This document shows positions 30,884 to 39,518 of a stretch of DNA of 64,000 nucleotides, piece after piece. The notes under the pieces were generated by a model that made no database searches, had not been told where the DNA came from, and was given only the letters and a program-made list of their open reading frames with translations. Position 1 is the first letter of the stretch. Each line of letters opens with the position of its first letter. The DNA comes from Nitrospirota bacterium (GTDB taxonomy: Bacteria > Nitrospirota > Thermodesulfovibrionia > Thermodesulfovibrionales > UBA9159): assembly GCA_963699545.1 (NCBI GenBank), contig CAVOUE010000003.1, forward strand, positions 839,118 to 903,117. The letters run 5' to 3'. Both the position numbers and the translations under genes were made by a program.

Positions 30884-32857
30884 CTACGCCTTTATTTCCA
30901 CCTTGCTCCCAGACTTTTCGAGGAGTTCCTTCAGGTTCGGGAACTTGTCCTTCATATGGGGGATATGCATTGCCTGCATGAATTCCTTCTCAAAAGCAGG
31001 GTCAGTGGCGATTTCAAGAAATTCCACCCACCGCGCCCTGTCACCGGCTTCCTGTCTCTTGCCCCTGTTGAGGAGGGCCATCCTCGCGCCGTCCCCCGCC
31101 GCATTGCCCACGGCATATACCTTGTCGATGGGACAATCGGGGAACATCCCTAGGGTCATGGAAGCTTCCCTGTCGATGTGGCTCCCGAAGGCGCCTGCAA
31201 GGACGACCCTGTCAAGCTTTGTGATCCCCAGCTTCTTCATCATCAGCTTCGCTCCGGTGTAGAGCGCGCCCTTAGCCAGTTGGAGCGCCCTCACATCCCC
31301 CTGAGTGACGGTGATGTCAGTTCCGATGGAGGTCTCTTCAGCCCAGGCGAGGACGTACTCCGGTTTTCCGTCAACGTCCTTCCGGACCCTCGGGGTATCA
31401 AGCCCCATCATGAATCTCCCTGACTTGTCGATGATCCCCGCCTTGAACATCTCAGCCACCACTCCGATGATCCCTGAACCGCATAACCCCTTCGCGTTCA
31501 CCTTCTCGATCTGGGTGTGCCAGTCCGCCTTGCCGATCACTTTGTACAACGGCTCTTTCGTGACGGGGTCGATCTGGACCTTCTCGATGGCCCCGGGTGC
31601 GGCCCTCATGCCGAATTTTATCTGGGCTCCTTCAAAGGCAGGGCCTGTGGCGCAGGAGGTGGAGAAGACCTTGTTCCTGTTGCCGAGGAGGAGTTCACCG
31701 TTTGTGCCGATATCGATGATCAGCACCATCTCGTCCTGATTATACGGCTCCTCGGCGATGAGTACGCCTACGTTGTCCGCACCCACGAAACCTGCCTCGA
31801 TGGGAAGCACATGGATATAGGCTGCGGGGTTGATCCTTAATCCGAGGTCCCGCGCTTTGATGTCCAGTGAGCTCTGCACGGCCGGAATGAACGGTGAGCG
31901 TCCTATATACTCGGGATTGAAGCCGAGGAATATGTGGTGCATGGCGGTATTGAAAACGATGGTGAGGTCATCGATCGCGAAGCCTGGATTCGGTCCGTCC
32001 TCCTTAATCTCTGTTACTACCTTTTCTATGATCTCGTTCAGGCCACCTATGATCGCCTTCTGCATGGTTTCGAGGCCTGTCGGATTGCTCATTGCATACG
32101 TTATTCGGGACATAACGTCCTCACCGTAGGGCACCTGGGGGTTCATCATCGACTCGGTATTCATAACCTTGCCGATAGTGAGATCGGAGAGATAGCCAAC
32201 GCACGTCGTGGTTCCGACGTCTACCGCAAGGCCATAGCATGCCTCCACAAAACCGGGCTCCACCTTTATGATCTCCTTGTCCATCCAGACCGTGACCGTG
32301 GCTTTCCATTGCCCCTTCCTCAGCACATCCTGAAGATCTCTCAGCACCATGAAGTCAAAGGTGAGGTTCTTGAGACCGTAGTCATTCTCAAGGAATTTCA
32401 ATACCCTTTCGTAGTCCCCTGTGGTCATGTCATGGAGCGTGGGGGGGGCGAGTTCCACGTTATATTTCTTCACCGCAGGGTCCAGGGTTATGGTAAGCTC
32501 CTTTGCGGCCTTCCTCACCACCTGTTTCCCGGCCCTCGACCGTTCGGGGACAAAGACCTTTACATCACCGTATACCTCCGCTGTGCAGGCAAGCCGGACC
32601 CCCGGGCCGTCTTCAGGCTTTATATGTTTTTTTTCGTCTTCTGTGAGGTCAGAGAGATGGTCCATGCCGGACTCCATTCCGTCTTTCTCAAAATATCCTT
32701 CCTCGATCCTCACCTTGCACTTTCCGCAGACCTTCTTGTTGCCGCAGAGGGCCTCGATATCAACACCCAGAGACTGGGCGGCCTCGAGGAGGGTCTTGCC
32801 TTCTTCGACCTCGCCCCGCCTTCCTGACGGCTGAAATATCACCCTGTATTTTTTCAT
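30884..32857 (-). CDS. RACo-type ASKHA ATPase, reductive activator of corrinoid proteins
   Basis: Intact paralogue of 3779-5722 with 2Fe-2S N-terminus, DVGTTT, GEDVMSRI, DIGTNGE, GPAFEG, GNAAGDGA. Confidence 0.93.
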   Translation of the reverse strand: MKKYRVIFQPSGRRGEVEEGKTLLEAAQSLGVDIEALCGNKKVCGKCKVRIEEGYFEKDGMESGMDHLSDLTEDEKKHIKPEDGPGVRLACTAEVYGDVKVFVPERSRAGKQVVRKAAKELTITLDPAVKKYNVELAPPTLHDMTTGDYERVLKFLENDYGLKNLTFDFMVLRDLQDVLRKGQWKATVTVWMDKEIIKVEPGFVEACYGLAVDVGTTTCVGYLSDLTIGKVMNTESMMNPQVPYGEDVMSRITYAMSNPTGLETMQKAIIGGLNEIIEKVVTEIKEDGPNPGFAIDDLTIVFNTAMHHIFLGFNPEYIGRSPFIPAVQSSLDIKARDLGLRINPAAYIHVLPIEAGFVGADNVGVLIAEEPYNQDEMVLIIDIGTNGELLLGNRNKVFSTSCATGPAFEGAQIKFGMRAAPGAIEKVQIDPVTKEPLYKVIGKADWHTQIEKVNAKGLCGSGIIGVVAEMFKAGIIDKSGRFMMGLDTPRVRKDVDGKPEYVLAWAEETSIGTDITVTQGDVRALQLAKGALYTGAKLMMKKLGITKLDRVVLAGAFGSHIDREASMTLGMFPDCPIDKVYAVGNAAGDGARMALLNRGKRQEAGDRARWVEFLEIATDPAFEKEFMQAMHIPHMKDKFPNLKELLEKSGSKVEIKA

Positions 32858-33060
32858 CTCATTTCCTCCGAATGTATAATAATTAACAGATATGTATTAC
32901 GTCTTCTGCAATGAAAAACTCCCCCTTTGGAAAGGGTCGGTATGACCCGGTTACGAGGGAATGAAAGGGAATGTTTCGATCATGCAATTTCCCCTAACCC
33001 CTTACCCTGGCCTCGGATTCTCCGGACGAAAAAGAGGGGTGATCCCTGCTCATTGAGAGG

Positions 33061-33729
33061 CTATCCCGTCTTAACAAAAGATTTCTCCTGATCTTCCCGG
33101 TATACTTTCCTCCCGTAGGGACAGATGGTAATGCAGAGACCGCAGTTGGGTTTGCCGTGCAGTGCCCTGATCTTCTTCTTGTGGGACGCGCATTTGTCAA
33201 GCTGAATGAGTTCAGGGAACGGTTCATGCCTTGACCACTGTTCCCCTGTTATGGCGTCCGAAGGACAGAACTCCATGCACAACCCGCAGTTACCGCAGAG
33301 ACTGTGCTCTATGGGGATGCCGGCCTGAAGGGGCGCATCGGTGAGGATCGTGGCAAGGGAGAGCCTCGGACCGAAGTCCGGGTTAATGAGAAGTCCGTTC
33401 TTGCCTATCCAGCCAAGCCCTGCAGAGGTTGCGGCCATCTTGTGGGTGAAGAAGGGATAGAGTTTCGATACGAAGGTGTTCCGTATCCTGTCGGAATCAG
33501 GGGGAATGCACAGGTACCGGTATCCAGCCTTCCGCAGAATTTCGGCGGTCTTCTTCTGGAGGCCGATGAGCAGGCTTACCGTGTCCTCGTTGAGGTTCCT
33601 GTCCACACCAATCGAAACAGCCCTTTCGAGGTGGGCTATATCCTCATGCAGGGCAGCCTTCAGACATGCGACACCCACCACCGCCGCCCCTGAACGAAGG
33701 AGCTCTTTTTTGATCGTTCCCTCCATCAC
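33061..33729 (-). CDS. QueG/RdhA-like 2x[4Fe-4S] protein
   Basis: THKMAATSAGLGWIGKNGLLINPDFGPRL, CGNCGLCMEFCP, CGLCITICP. Confidence 0.82.
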   Translation of the reverse strand: MMEGTIKKELLRSGAAVVGVACLKAALHEDIAHLERAVSIGVDRNLNEDTVSLLIGLQKKTAEILRKAGYRYLCIPPDSDRIRNTFVSKLYPFFTHKMAATSAGLGWIGKNGLLINPDFGPRLSLATILTDAPLQAGIPIEHSLCGNCGLCMEFCPSDAITGEQWSRHEPFPELIQLDKCASHKKKIRALHGKPNCGLCITICPYGRKVYREDQEKSFVKTG

Positions 33730-34418
33730 TTTCTCTTCTTTGCTTCAGCCTCTTCCTTGAGTTTCTTCAGAGAGCTGATCATGTTGATGGCGTCTTTCAG
33801 GGCGTTGTTGGCGTCTTTCGCATATCCGTCCGCCCCCCATTTCTCTGCGATATCCGCGGATACGGGCGCTCCACCGATCATGATCTTGACGTTCGGATTT
33901 TTCTCGTGGAGGTTGTCGATGACCTTCTTCATTCCGGTCATCGTCGTCGTCATCATCGCCGAGAGACAGACGAGGTCGGAGGCGGTCTTCATCTGTTCCT
34001 CAACGAACTTATCGAGAGGCACGTCACGCCCGAGGTCGTATACGGTGAAGCCCGCCACGTCAAACATCATCTTCACGATGTTCTTGCCGATGTCATGGAC
34101 ATCACCTTCCACTGTTCCGATGACAACGGAGCCCTTCACGCCGAGGTCAAGCTGCACCACATGAGGCTTCAGGATATCGAGACCCGCATAGAGGGCATCG
34201 GCGCACATGAGGAGTTCGGGTACGAAATACTCCTGTGCCTCGAAGAGCCTTCCCACCTCTTCCATGCCGCTCACGAGGCCGTTGAAGATCGCTTCGTTGG
34301 CATCCATCCCCACATCAAGGACTTCCTGGGATGCTTCCTTTGCGGCGTCTTCGTCGTATTGGATCACCGCATTTCTCAGTCTTTCCAAAAGCTCCTTTTT
34401 CTTTTCGTCCGTTGCCAT
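33726..34418 (-). CDS. Methyltransferase cognate corrinoid protein
   Basis: EYFVPELL, GDVHDIGKN, LGRDVP, LSAMMTTT, IGGAP. Confidence 0.95.
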   Translation of the reverse strand: MATDEKKKELLERLRNAVIQYDEDAAKEASQEVLDVGMDANEAIFNGLVSGMEEVGRLFEAQEYFVPELLMCADALYAGLDILKPHVVQLDLGVKGSVVIGTVEGDVHDIGKNIVKMMFDVAGFTVYDLGRDVPLDKFVEEQMKTASDLVCLSAMMTTTMTGMKKVIDNLHEKNPNVKIMIGGAPVSADIAEKWGADGYAKDANNALKDAINMISSLKKLKEEAEAKKRK

Positions 34419-34423
34419 TTTAT

Positions 34424-35458
34424 CTACCTCCTGTATTTTTTCACTTCATCCATCATCGTTCGTATGTTTTCGGCAGGAACCGTGGGCCAGATGTCACAGC
34501 CGGGCCATACCGCACTGACGCCGTCGTCCATGCATTTCTTCATCGTCTCCTTTACCATTTCAGGGGTTCCCGCTACGAGGACGTTGTAGGGGTCATAGTT
34601 CCCGAAGATGAGGGCGTCCTTGCCAAGCTTCTTGCGGGATTCTGCAACGTCATTTTTCTGGTCAACGCTAATGGCCTTGGCGCCGGTCTCTATCATGAAG
34701 GGAACGATGTCGTTTGTCTTTCCGCAGATGTGGAGAACGCTGGGAACCGTCAACCTGTCAACGATCTTTTTGATGTAGGGCTGGATCAGATTCTTGAAGA
34801 CCCGTGGACTTAACACATCAGACGTCGCTCCCATCTCCCGCACGGTTATATAATCAGCTCCCGCCTTTTCGAACTGGCCTGCCACCATGACAATGGCATC
34901 CGCAAGGAGATCGAGGAGTTTTCCCACCTTGTCGGGTTTCTTGAAGGAGAGTTTCAGCAGGTCATTGAGTTCCATGATCTGTCCCGCAAGGGTAAAAGGG
35001 CCGAGGACATATGTCCCTATGGGAACGTCTCCCCCGATGTTCTTCTTCATCAATCCGATGGCTTCACACACAAGAGGTATCCTCCCCTTTTCCTGAAAAC
35101 CGGAAGGGATCGAGATATCCATCTCGTCTTCCTTATGGATAAGTTTCTTCTTGATCGTGGGATAAAGAAGGTCTTCGGAATGGGCGTATACATTTATTTC
35201 ACAGCCCAGGGCCTCTGCTTCCACGCAGAGGTCAAAAGGGACCACGCCGCACTCAAACCCGAAGAGCCTGTAGGTTGTGGATGCCGCGCCGGCCATCATC
35301 TTTGCATCAAGGTGCGACGCAGCGAACTTGTACCCGAGGGATTTCAGGCCTTCTGTGGTAACATTCCCCATGCCGCTGAAGCACGGCGGCCTGTCAACCT
35401 CTTCCCTCGCAAAGAGCTTCATTATTCTTTCTTTTGCCGTCACGGTTGTTATGGACAT
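34424..35458 (-). CDS. MtaA/CmuA family methylcobalamin:CoM-type methyltransferase
   Basis: VPFDLCVEAEALG, GPFTLA, Zn motif LHICG...WPGCD. Confidence 0.88.
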   Translation of the reverse strand: MSITTVTAKERIMKLFAREEVDRPPCFSGMGNVTTEGLKSLGYKFAASHLDAKMMAGAASTTYRLFGFECGVVPFDLCVEAEALGCEINVYAHSEDLLYPTIKKKLIHKEDEMDISIPSGFQEKGRIPLVCEAIGLMKKNIGGDVPIGTYVLGPFTLAGQIMELNDLLKLSFKKPDKVGKLLDLLADAIVMVAGQFEKAGADYITVREMGATSDVLSPRVFKNLIQPYIKKIVDRLTVPSVLHICGKTNDIVPFMIETGAKAISVDQKNDVAESRKKLGKDALIFGNYDPYNVLVAGTPEMVKETMKKCMDDGVSAVWPGCDIWPTVPAENIRTMMDEVKKYRR

Positions 35459-35502
35459 TACTCCTCCTTCATAATCGTTTTAGTGGCGCTCATTTCACGC
35501 CG

Positions 35503-36450
35503 TTATTTTCGTGCTCCTCCTGATGTCAATTTCTCTATGAAATCAGAAAAGTGTTTTCGTATGGGGAGGTCCTGGTTCGCGGGTATCTGCTTTGTCTCAT
35601 CATATACAAGGGTCGAGAGCAGGATATGAGCAGTCGCCACAGCAGGGAATATCCGAGGCGCTGTTACAATGGGCCCGTAGAAATTGAAATCGCTCCACAG
35701 CGCCGAGCACATGCCCTGAGCCACCGCGTCCATGGCCTTGAACCCGTCAAGGCTCCAGATGGTCTTCGCATCTCCCCACATGTGCGTGCCGTTGGAATAG
35801 GCGCCTCCGCAGGGAAGCCCCAGTTTTTCCTTGATCAGCCTGTTGGCGAGGAGGGAAAAGGATGTGGCGGGCAGATTCATCACCGATGTATCCACGATCA
35901 CCGTCTCAAAACCGTCAGCTCCCTGTGCAAGGATGCTCTCAAGGGACTTGAGCCTTCCGGCGGGGGACTGGTCAGCGTCGTCAAAGGCCTGGACCACCAC
36001 GTGTTTTATGCCGAGATCCTTCAGTTTGTTCACCTGTCCTTTGATGTCTTTATCCCAGGGAGTGATGCTGTTGTAAAGGAACTTGTCCTGAACTCCCAGC
36101 TTTGCAATGTATTCTGTTGCCTTTGCCCTTTTTTCCGCGACCCACATATCAATGCCGAAGGGCATATCGGTTGTTTCGAGATAAAAATCTATATATATCT
36201 GTGCCTCTTCAGGGCTATTAGCCACTATCGCCACCATTCCGGGGATTCCCGTTGAGGCAGAGAGTTCTTCCTGTTTCATGATCAGCTCTTTTGCCTTCTG
36301 TCTGTCAAAGTTTCCCTTTCTGTCCACAAGTATCTTGTCTTTGTTATGAAACATGGATGCAATGAGAAACGGCGGATTTTCTCCGGGCTGGCCGCCTATC
36401 CTGACCCCGGCTATTTTTACCACTTTCTGTTCTGTCTTGAATTGAAACAT
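35503..36450 (-). CDS. MtrH/MtgA/CmuB-like methylpterin:corrinoid methyltransferase
   Basis: MFQFKTEQKV..IGGQPGENP, YNSI, KEKLGLPCGGAYSN, FYGPI; no other mtr subunits nearby. Confidence 0.85.
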   Translation of the reverse strand: MFQFKTEQKVVKIAGVRIGGQPGENPPFLIASMFHNKDKILVDRKGNFDRQKAKELIMKQEELSASTGIPGMVAIVANSPEEAQIYIDFYLETTDMPFGIDMWVAEKRAKATEYIAKLGVQDKFLYNSITPWDKDIKGQVNKLKDLGIKHVVVQAFDDADQSPAGRLKSLESILAQGADGFETVIVDTSVMNLPATSFSLLANRLIKEKLGLPCGGAYSNGTHMWGDAKTIWSLDGFKAMDAVAQGMCSALWSDFNFYGPIVTAPRIFPAVATAHILLSTLVYDETKQIPANQDLPIRKHFSDFIEKLTSGGARK

Positions 36451-36507
36451 CCCTTCTCCTTCTTTATCCTATTTTCTGAAAACATCATTTCCTGAAATGC
36501 AAGAATT

Positions 36508-36532
36508 GTAGGGGGTGCAAAGCACCCCCTAC
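36508..36532. repeat. Perfect 11-bp hairpin, GTAG/REP-like
   Basis: GTAGGGGGTGC-AAA-GCACCCCCTAC, intergenic. Confidence 0.55.
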
Positions 36533-36542
36533 GCACTCAGAC

Positions 36543-37064
36543 TTAAAACACTCCATGGTCGAACTTGGGCTGCGGCAGATACTCCCATTTTTCGTTCTTA
36601 CGGTATTTTGCCTCGATATCGAGACACTTGAGGGCATACTCAAAGGCATAGGGAATACCGGGTCCGCCCGGCACGAAGCCGGCCAGGATCATACCGACTG
36701 AGGCCGCTTCGAAGATCTCCCCGGTCGTTGCTCCTGCGTTGATCGCGGGTATCACATGGATGATACACCTCGGTGAACAGTACCCAACACCGCCTGCCAT
36801 GAACATCAGTTCCTTCACCTTGCGGGAGAGCGCCCCGTCTCCGAAGATGCTCGCATAGAAGTCTGCGAAGGTCCTTCCTGGTTCAGGGGTAACGGTATTG
36901 ATGATCTGGAACATCCTCGGCACGAACCCGCACTGCTTTTTCATATACTCGTTTACTTCTTCCACCGTCATCTTCTTCTGATCTGCCATTGCTGCCTCCT
37001 TGTGCTGCCCGGAAGGGGAACCCTTCGGGGCAAATAGTTTTTTCAACTCCTCAAATATTCCCAT
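36543..37064 (-). CDS. Carboxymuconolactone decarboxylase/AhpD family protein
   Basis: GFVPRMF, GALSRKVKELM, CSPRCIIH, GATTGEIFEA; alternative start at 36988. Confidence 0.82.
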   Translation of the reverse strand: MGIFEELKKLFAPKGSPSGQHKEAAMADQKKMTVEEVNEYMKKQCGFVPRMFQIINTVTPEPGRTFADFYASIFGDGALSRKVKELMFMAGGVGYCSPRCIIHVIPAINAGATTGEIFEAASVGMILAGFVPGGPGIPYAFEYALKCLDIEAKYRKNEKWEYLPQPKFDHGVF

Positions 37065-37105
37065 GTTCACCTCCCTACTTTCAAGCGGCCCTTCTCACCT
37101 CCTCT

Positions 37106-38146
37106 TTACGAAAGTTTCCACTGAAACGCCACATCGTGGAACCTTCTGATGTTTTCGTACGGTATGGTCGGCGGTATGTCACAGCCGGGGACAAGGATGA
37201 ACCCCCCGTCCCTTGCTGCAACTTCAATAACTTCCCGGCACGCCTGTTCCACCTCATCCGCAGTCTCGTTGAGCAGCACATGAACAGGGGCGATATTCCC
37301 GCCAAAGCACATCTTGCCGGAGAGGACATCCTTCGCCTTCTTTATATCCACCTTCTGATCGAAGAATATTGCGGAACTTCCGGTAAGGGGAAAGAGTTCA
37401 AGGCGGTCGCTGGTATCGCCGCATATGTGCAGGATGGTGTGTGCCTTCTTCGATCTCGCCCAGTCACTCATCTTTTTCAGGGCAGGCACGGCGAAACGTT
37501 CCATCTGCTTCTTGTTTATCAGGTCCCCCGAGGCAGTCGGATCCGCGATGCTTATGCATTCAAGGCCGTCATTTACCAGCGGTTCATAAAGGTGGATCAA
37601 AAGGTCGGCGCAGAAATCCACCATCTTTTCGACGAAGGCCGGTTTCTTGAAGATCGACTTCATGAACGTTTCTTCGCCGACCATCCGTGCCGCAAGAGTG
37701 AAGGGCCCCCAGCACGTCATGGTGACAAGGTATTTCTTCCCTATCTTTTCGTTCACCCTCCGCGTGGCTTCCATGACGGTTTGTATCACGGGATCTTTAA
37801 GGACATCCTCTTTATGAAGTTTCGCCATATCCTCTTCTGAATTCACAAAGTGCGTGGTGAGATCGGGTGCGCCTATCTCGCGGTATTTGATCCCGGCGCC
37901 AAGGACCTTGCCCACGGCCAAAGCATGGAAGTTATTATAGCCCGAGCCGACGTAGACCACATCGCTCCTGATCTTTTCCGCTTCTGTTACACACATGTCG
38001 GTCATCTTTTCCGGATCGAGGGACAGTGCCTCAAAACTCGTCCCATAATCCTTGATAGACCACATCCCCCCACCGAACAGGGTCACAGGCACCCTCTCCG
38101 GTTTCCCCATTTCAAAAGCCTTTAGAATGATTTCCCGCGGTGTCAT
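37106..38146 (-). CDS. MtaA/UroD-family methyltransferase
   Basis: KPERVPV, GPFTLAA, IADPTASG, LHICG, GGFILVPGCD. Confidence 0.88.
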   Translation of the reverse strand: MTPREIILKAFEMGKPERVPVTLFGGGMWSIKDYGTSFEALSLDPEKMTDMCVTEAEKIRSDVVYVGSGYNNFHALAVGKVLGAGIKYREIGAPDLTTHFVNSEEDMAKLHKEDVLKDPVIQTVMEATRRVNEKIGKKYLVTMTCWGPFTLAARMVGEETFMKSIFKKPAFVEKMVDFCADLLIHLYEPLVNDGLECISIADPTASGDLINKKQMERFAVPALKKMSDWARSKKAHTILHICGDTSDRLELFPLTGSSAIFFDQKVDIKKAKDVLSGKMCFGGNIAPVHVLLNETADEVEQACREVIEVAARDGGFILVPGCDIPPTIPYENIRRFHDVAFQWKLS

Positions 38147-38169
38147 GCCTTCCTCCTTTTCCCTCTTTA

Positions 38170-38520
38170 TCAAATCCCGGATAACGCACCGATGCGACGT
38201 ACATCATGGATTGCCCTCTTGAACTCTTCCAGGTCAACCGGCAGGTTCATGCTCACGATGTCACTATCCAGCTTAGCAAATCCCACACAAATGACAACAA
38301 TGCCAGGGGAAACGCTTTGTATTATCTGGACCGCATCTTCTGCAGAAAGGCCGAAGGACTCCGAATCGATGATGACGGCGACGTAGCTTCCCTGAAACAC
38401 CCTCTGTACCGCAAGGGCCGAGTGGTCAACCACTTCAACTCCGAACCCTTCGTCCCTCAAGATTCCGTAGACGTTCTTTATGAGGATCGGATTATGTGTG
38501 CAGAGAAGAACTTCGTTCAT
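38170..38520 (-). CDS. Degenerate receiver-domain protein
   Basis: CheY-like pattern (ILRDEGFGVEVV..VIID..GLSAEDAVQII..PVDLEEF) lacking the acidic pair and the conserved Lys. Confidence 0.65.
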   Translation of the reverse strand: MNEVLLCTHNPILIKNVYGILRDEGFGVEVVDHSALAVQRVFQGSYVAVIIDSESFGLSAEDAVQIIQSVSPGIVVICVGFAKLDSDIVSMNLPVDLEEFKRAIHDVRRIGALSGI

Positions 38521-38535
38521 GGTAGGGTATAAAGA

Positions 38536-38551
38536 AGCAATTTTGATGCCA
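38536..38551 (-). promoter_or_regulatory. Sigma54 -24/-12 promoter of the methyltransferase/CoM gene run
   Basis: TGGCATCAAAATTGCT on the minus strand. Confidence 0.8.
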
Positions 38552-38613
38552 CCGGGGAAATTCTAAAGAATAGGGCGTCCGGCGGTTTTTTTCTGATCTC
38601 TTAAGTAAGGCAA

Positions 38614-38653
38614 TGGTGAAAAATGCCCCACATGTCTGGGGAATATTTACCCA
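38614..38653. promoter_or_regulatory. Paired candidate enhancer sites
   Basis: TGGTGAAAAATGCCCCA (38614) and TGGGGAATATTTACCCA (38637), both near TGGGG-N7-CCCCA. Confidence 0.55.
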
Positions 38654-38667
38654 CTCTTTAGCGGGTG

Positions 38668-38715
38668 GGACATTTTGAGAAAGAGACCACTGTCTTCCTC
38701 CCTCTCAAAATGTCC
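38668..38715 (-). terminator. 13-bp inverted repeat after the OsmC-family gene
   Basis: GGACATTTTGAGA...TCTCAAAATGTCC; possible terminator or stabiliser. Confidence 0.4.
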
Positions 38716-38722
38716 GGGACTT

Positions 38723-39247
38723 TTACGGCTTCCCTCCTTTGACAACAGTGATCTCTCCCGAGATGGCCGTCGGCCTTATAAGACTGTCCACAACTGGGCA
38801 GTGGGCGATCACCTTTTCCGCAAGTGCCCGTATCCTGCCTTCATCATCAGGGGTTTCGATGGTGAACGTGTATCTGACATCCCTGAAGCCGGCAGAGACA
38901 TTGTCGATCATGAAGAGTCCCCTCAGGTCCAGGGTGCCCTCCACGTCGACAGAAAGTCCATGGATGGTGAACCCTTCATGCACGGCAAACTCATAGAATG
39001 CAGCCTCTATGCACGCTGCTATCGCCGAGAGGAGAAGCTCGATGGGATTCGGCGCCTGGTTGGTCCCTCCTGCTGCTTCCCCATAGTCTGACCGGACAAG
39101 ATGTTCCCTCACCTTTGTCTCGGTGTAGAGCCCCTGGATGTGTTTTGAAGAGACCTTTGGTTTGTATATGGCTGCCTCAGGTTTCTTCCTGAAACATTCG
39201 AGCCTCCTCGCAACGATCTCCTTCAAGTCCCTCTTTTCCTCTTTCAT
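38723..39247 (-). CDS. OsmC family protein
   Basis: GGTNQAPNPIELLLSAIAAC, GTLDLRG, HCPVVDSL. Confidence 0.9.
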   Translation of the reverse strand: MKEEKRDLKEIVARRLECFRKKPEAAIYKPKVSSKHIQGLYTETKVREHLVRSDYGEAAGGTNQAPNPIELLLSAIAACIEAAFYEFAVHEGFTIHGLSVDVEGTLDLRGLFMIDNVSAGFRDVRYTFTIETPDDEGRIRALAEKVIAHCPVVDSLIRPTAISGEITVVKGGKP

Positions 39248-39518
39248 GCGGTTCTCCTTTCTGGGTGAATGCAAACACAATGCTTCTATTTTATCGAAAT
39301 CCGGTAAAAATGATATGATCGAAATCAGGAAGCATGCTTCTTAACTATCCCTGCCAACTAACCTAAAATCCAGTGTCGCGCTGCCCATCCAAGGTGTTCA
39401 ATCGTTAACCCTTTCTCGCTGTAATTCGCTGAAACTGCTGCTTGCTTCCGGACTTTGCGTCCTGATTTTGTATTTCCCGCCGAAAAAATACATAATAAAA
39501 GATGGAGATTTCAGACCT

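Noticed and set aside
33061-33729. Respiratory reductive dehalogenase
   Set aside because: Only 222 aa, no Tat signal and no rdhB anchor.
34424-38146. True uroporphyrinogen decarboxylase (hemE)
   Set aside because: No RQAGR motif; the HxC...C zinc motif and corrinoid context indicate methyltransferases.
23383-38520. Interpreting the locus as methanogenesis or as an archaeal contig
   Set aside because: No mcr, mtrA-G, CoB or F430 genes are in the window; sigma54 promoters, TonB and outer-membrane proteins indicate a bacterium.
38668-38715. Inverted repeat as a MITE
   Set aside because: Single copy, very short, no target duplication; its position after a stop codon fits a terminator or stabiliser.
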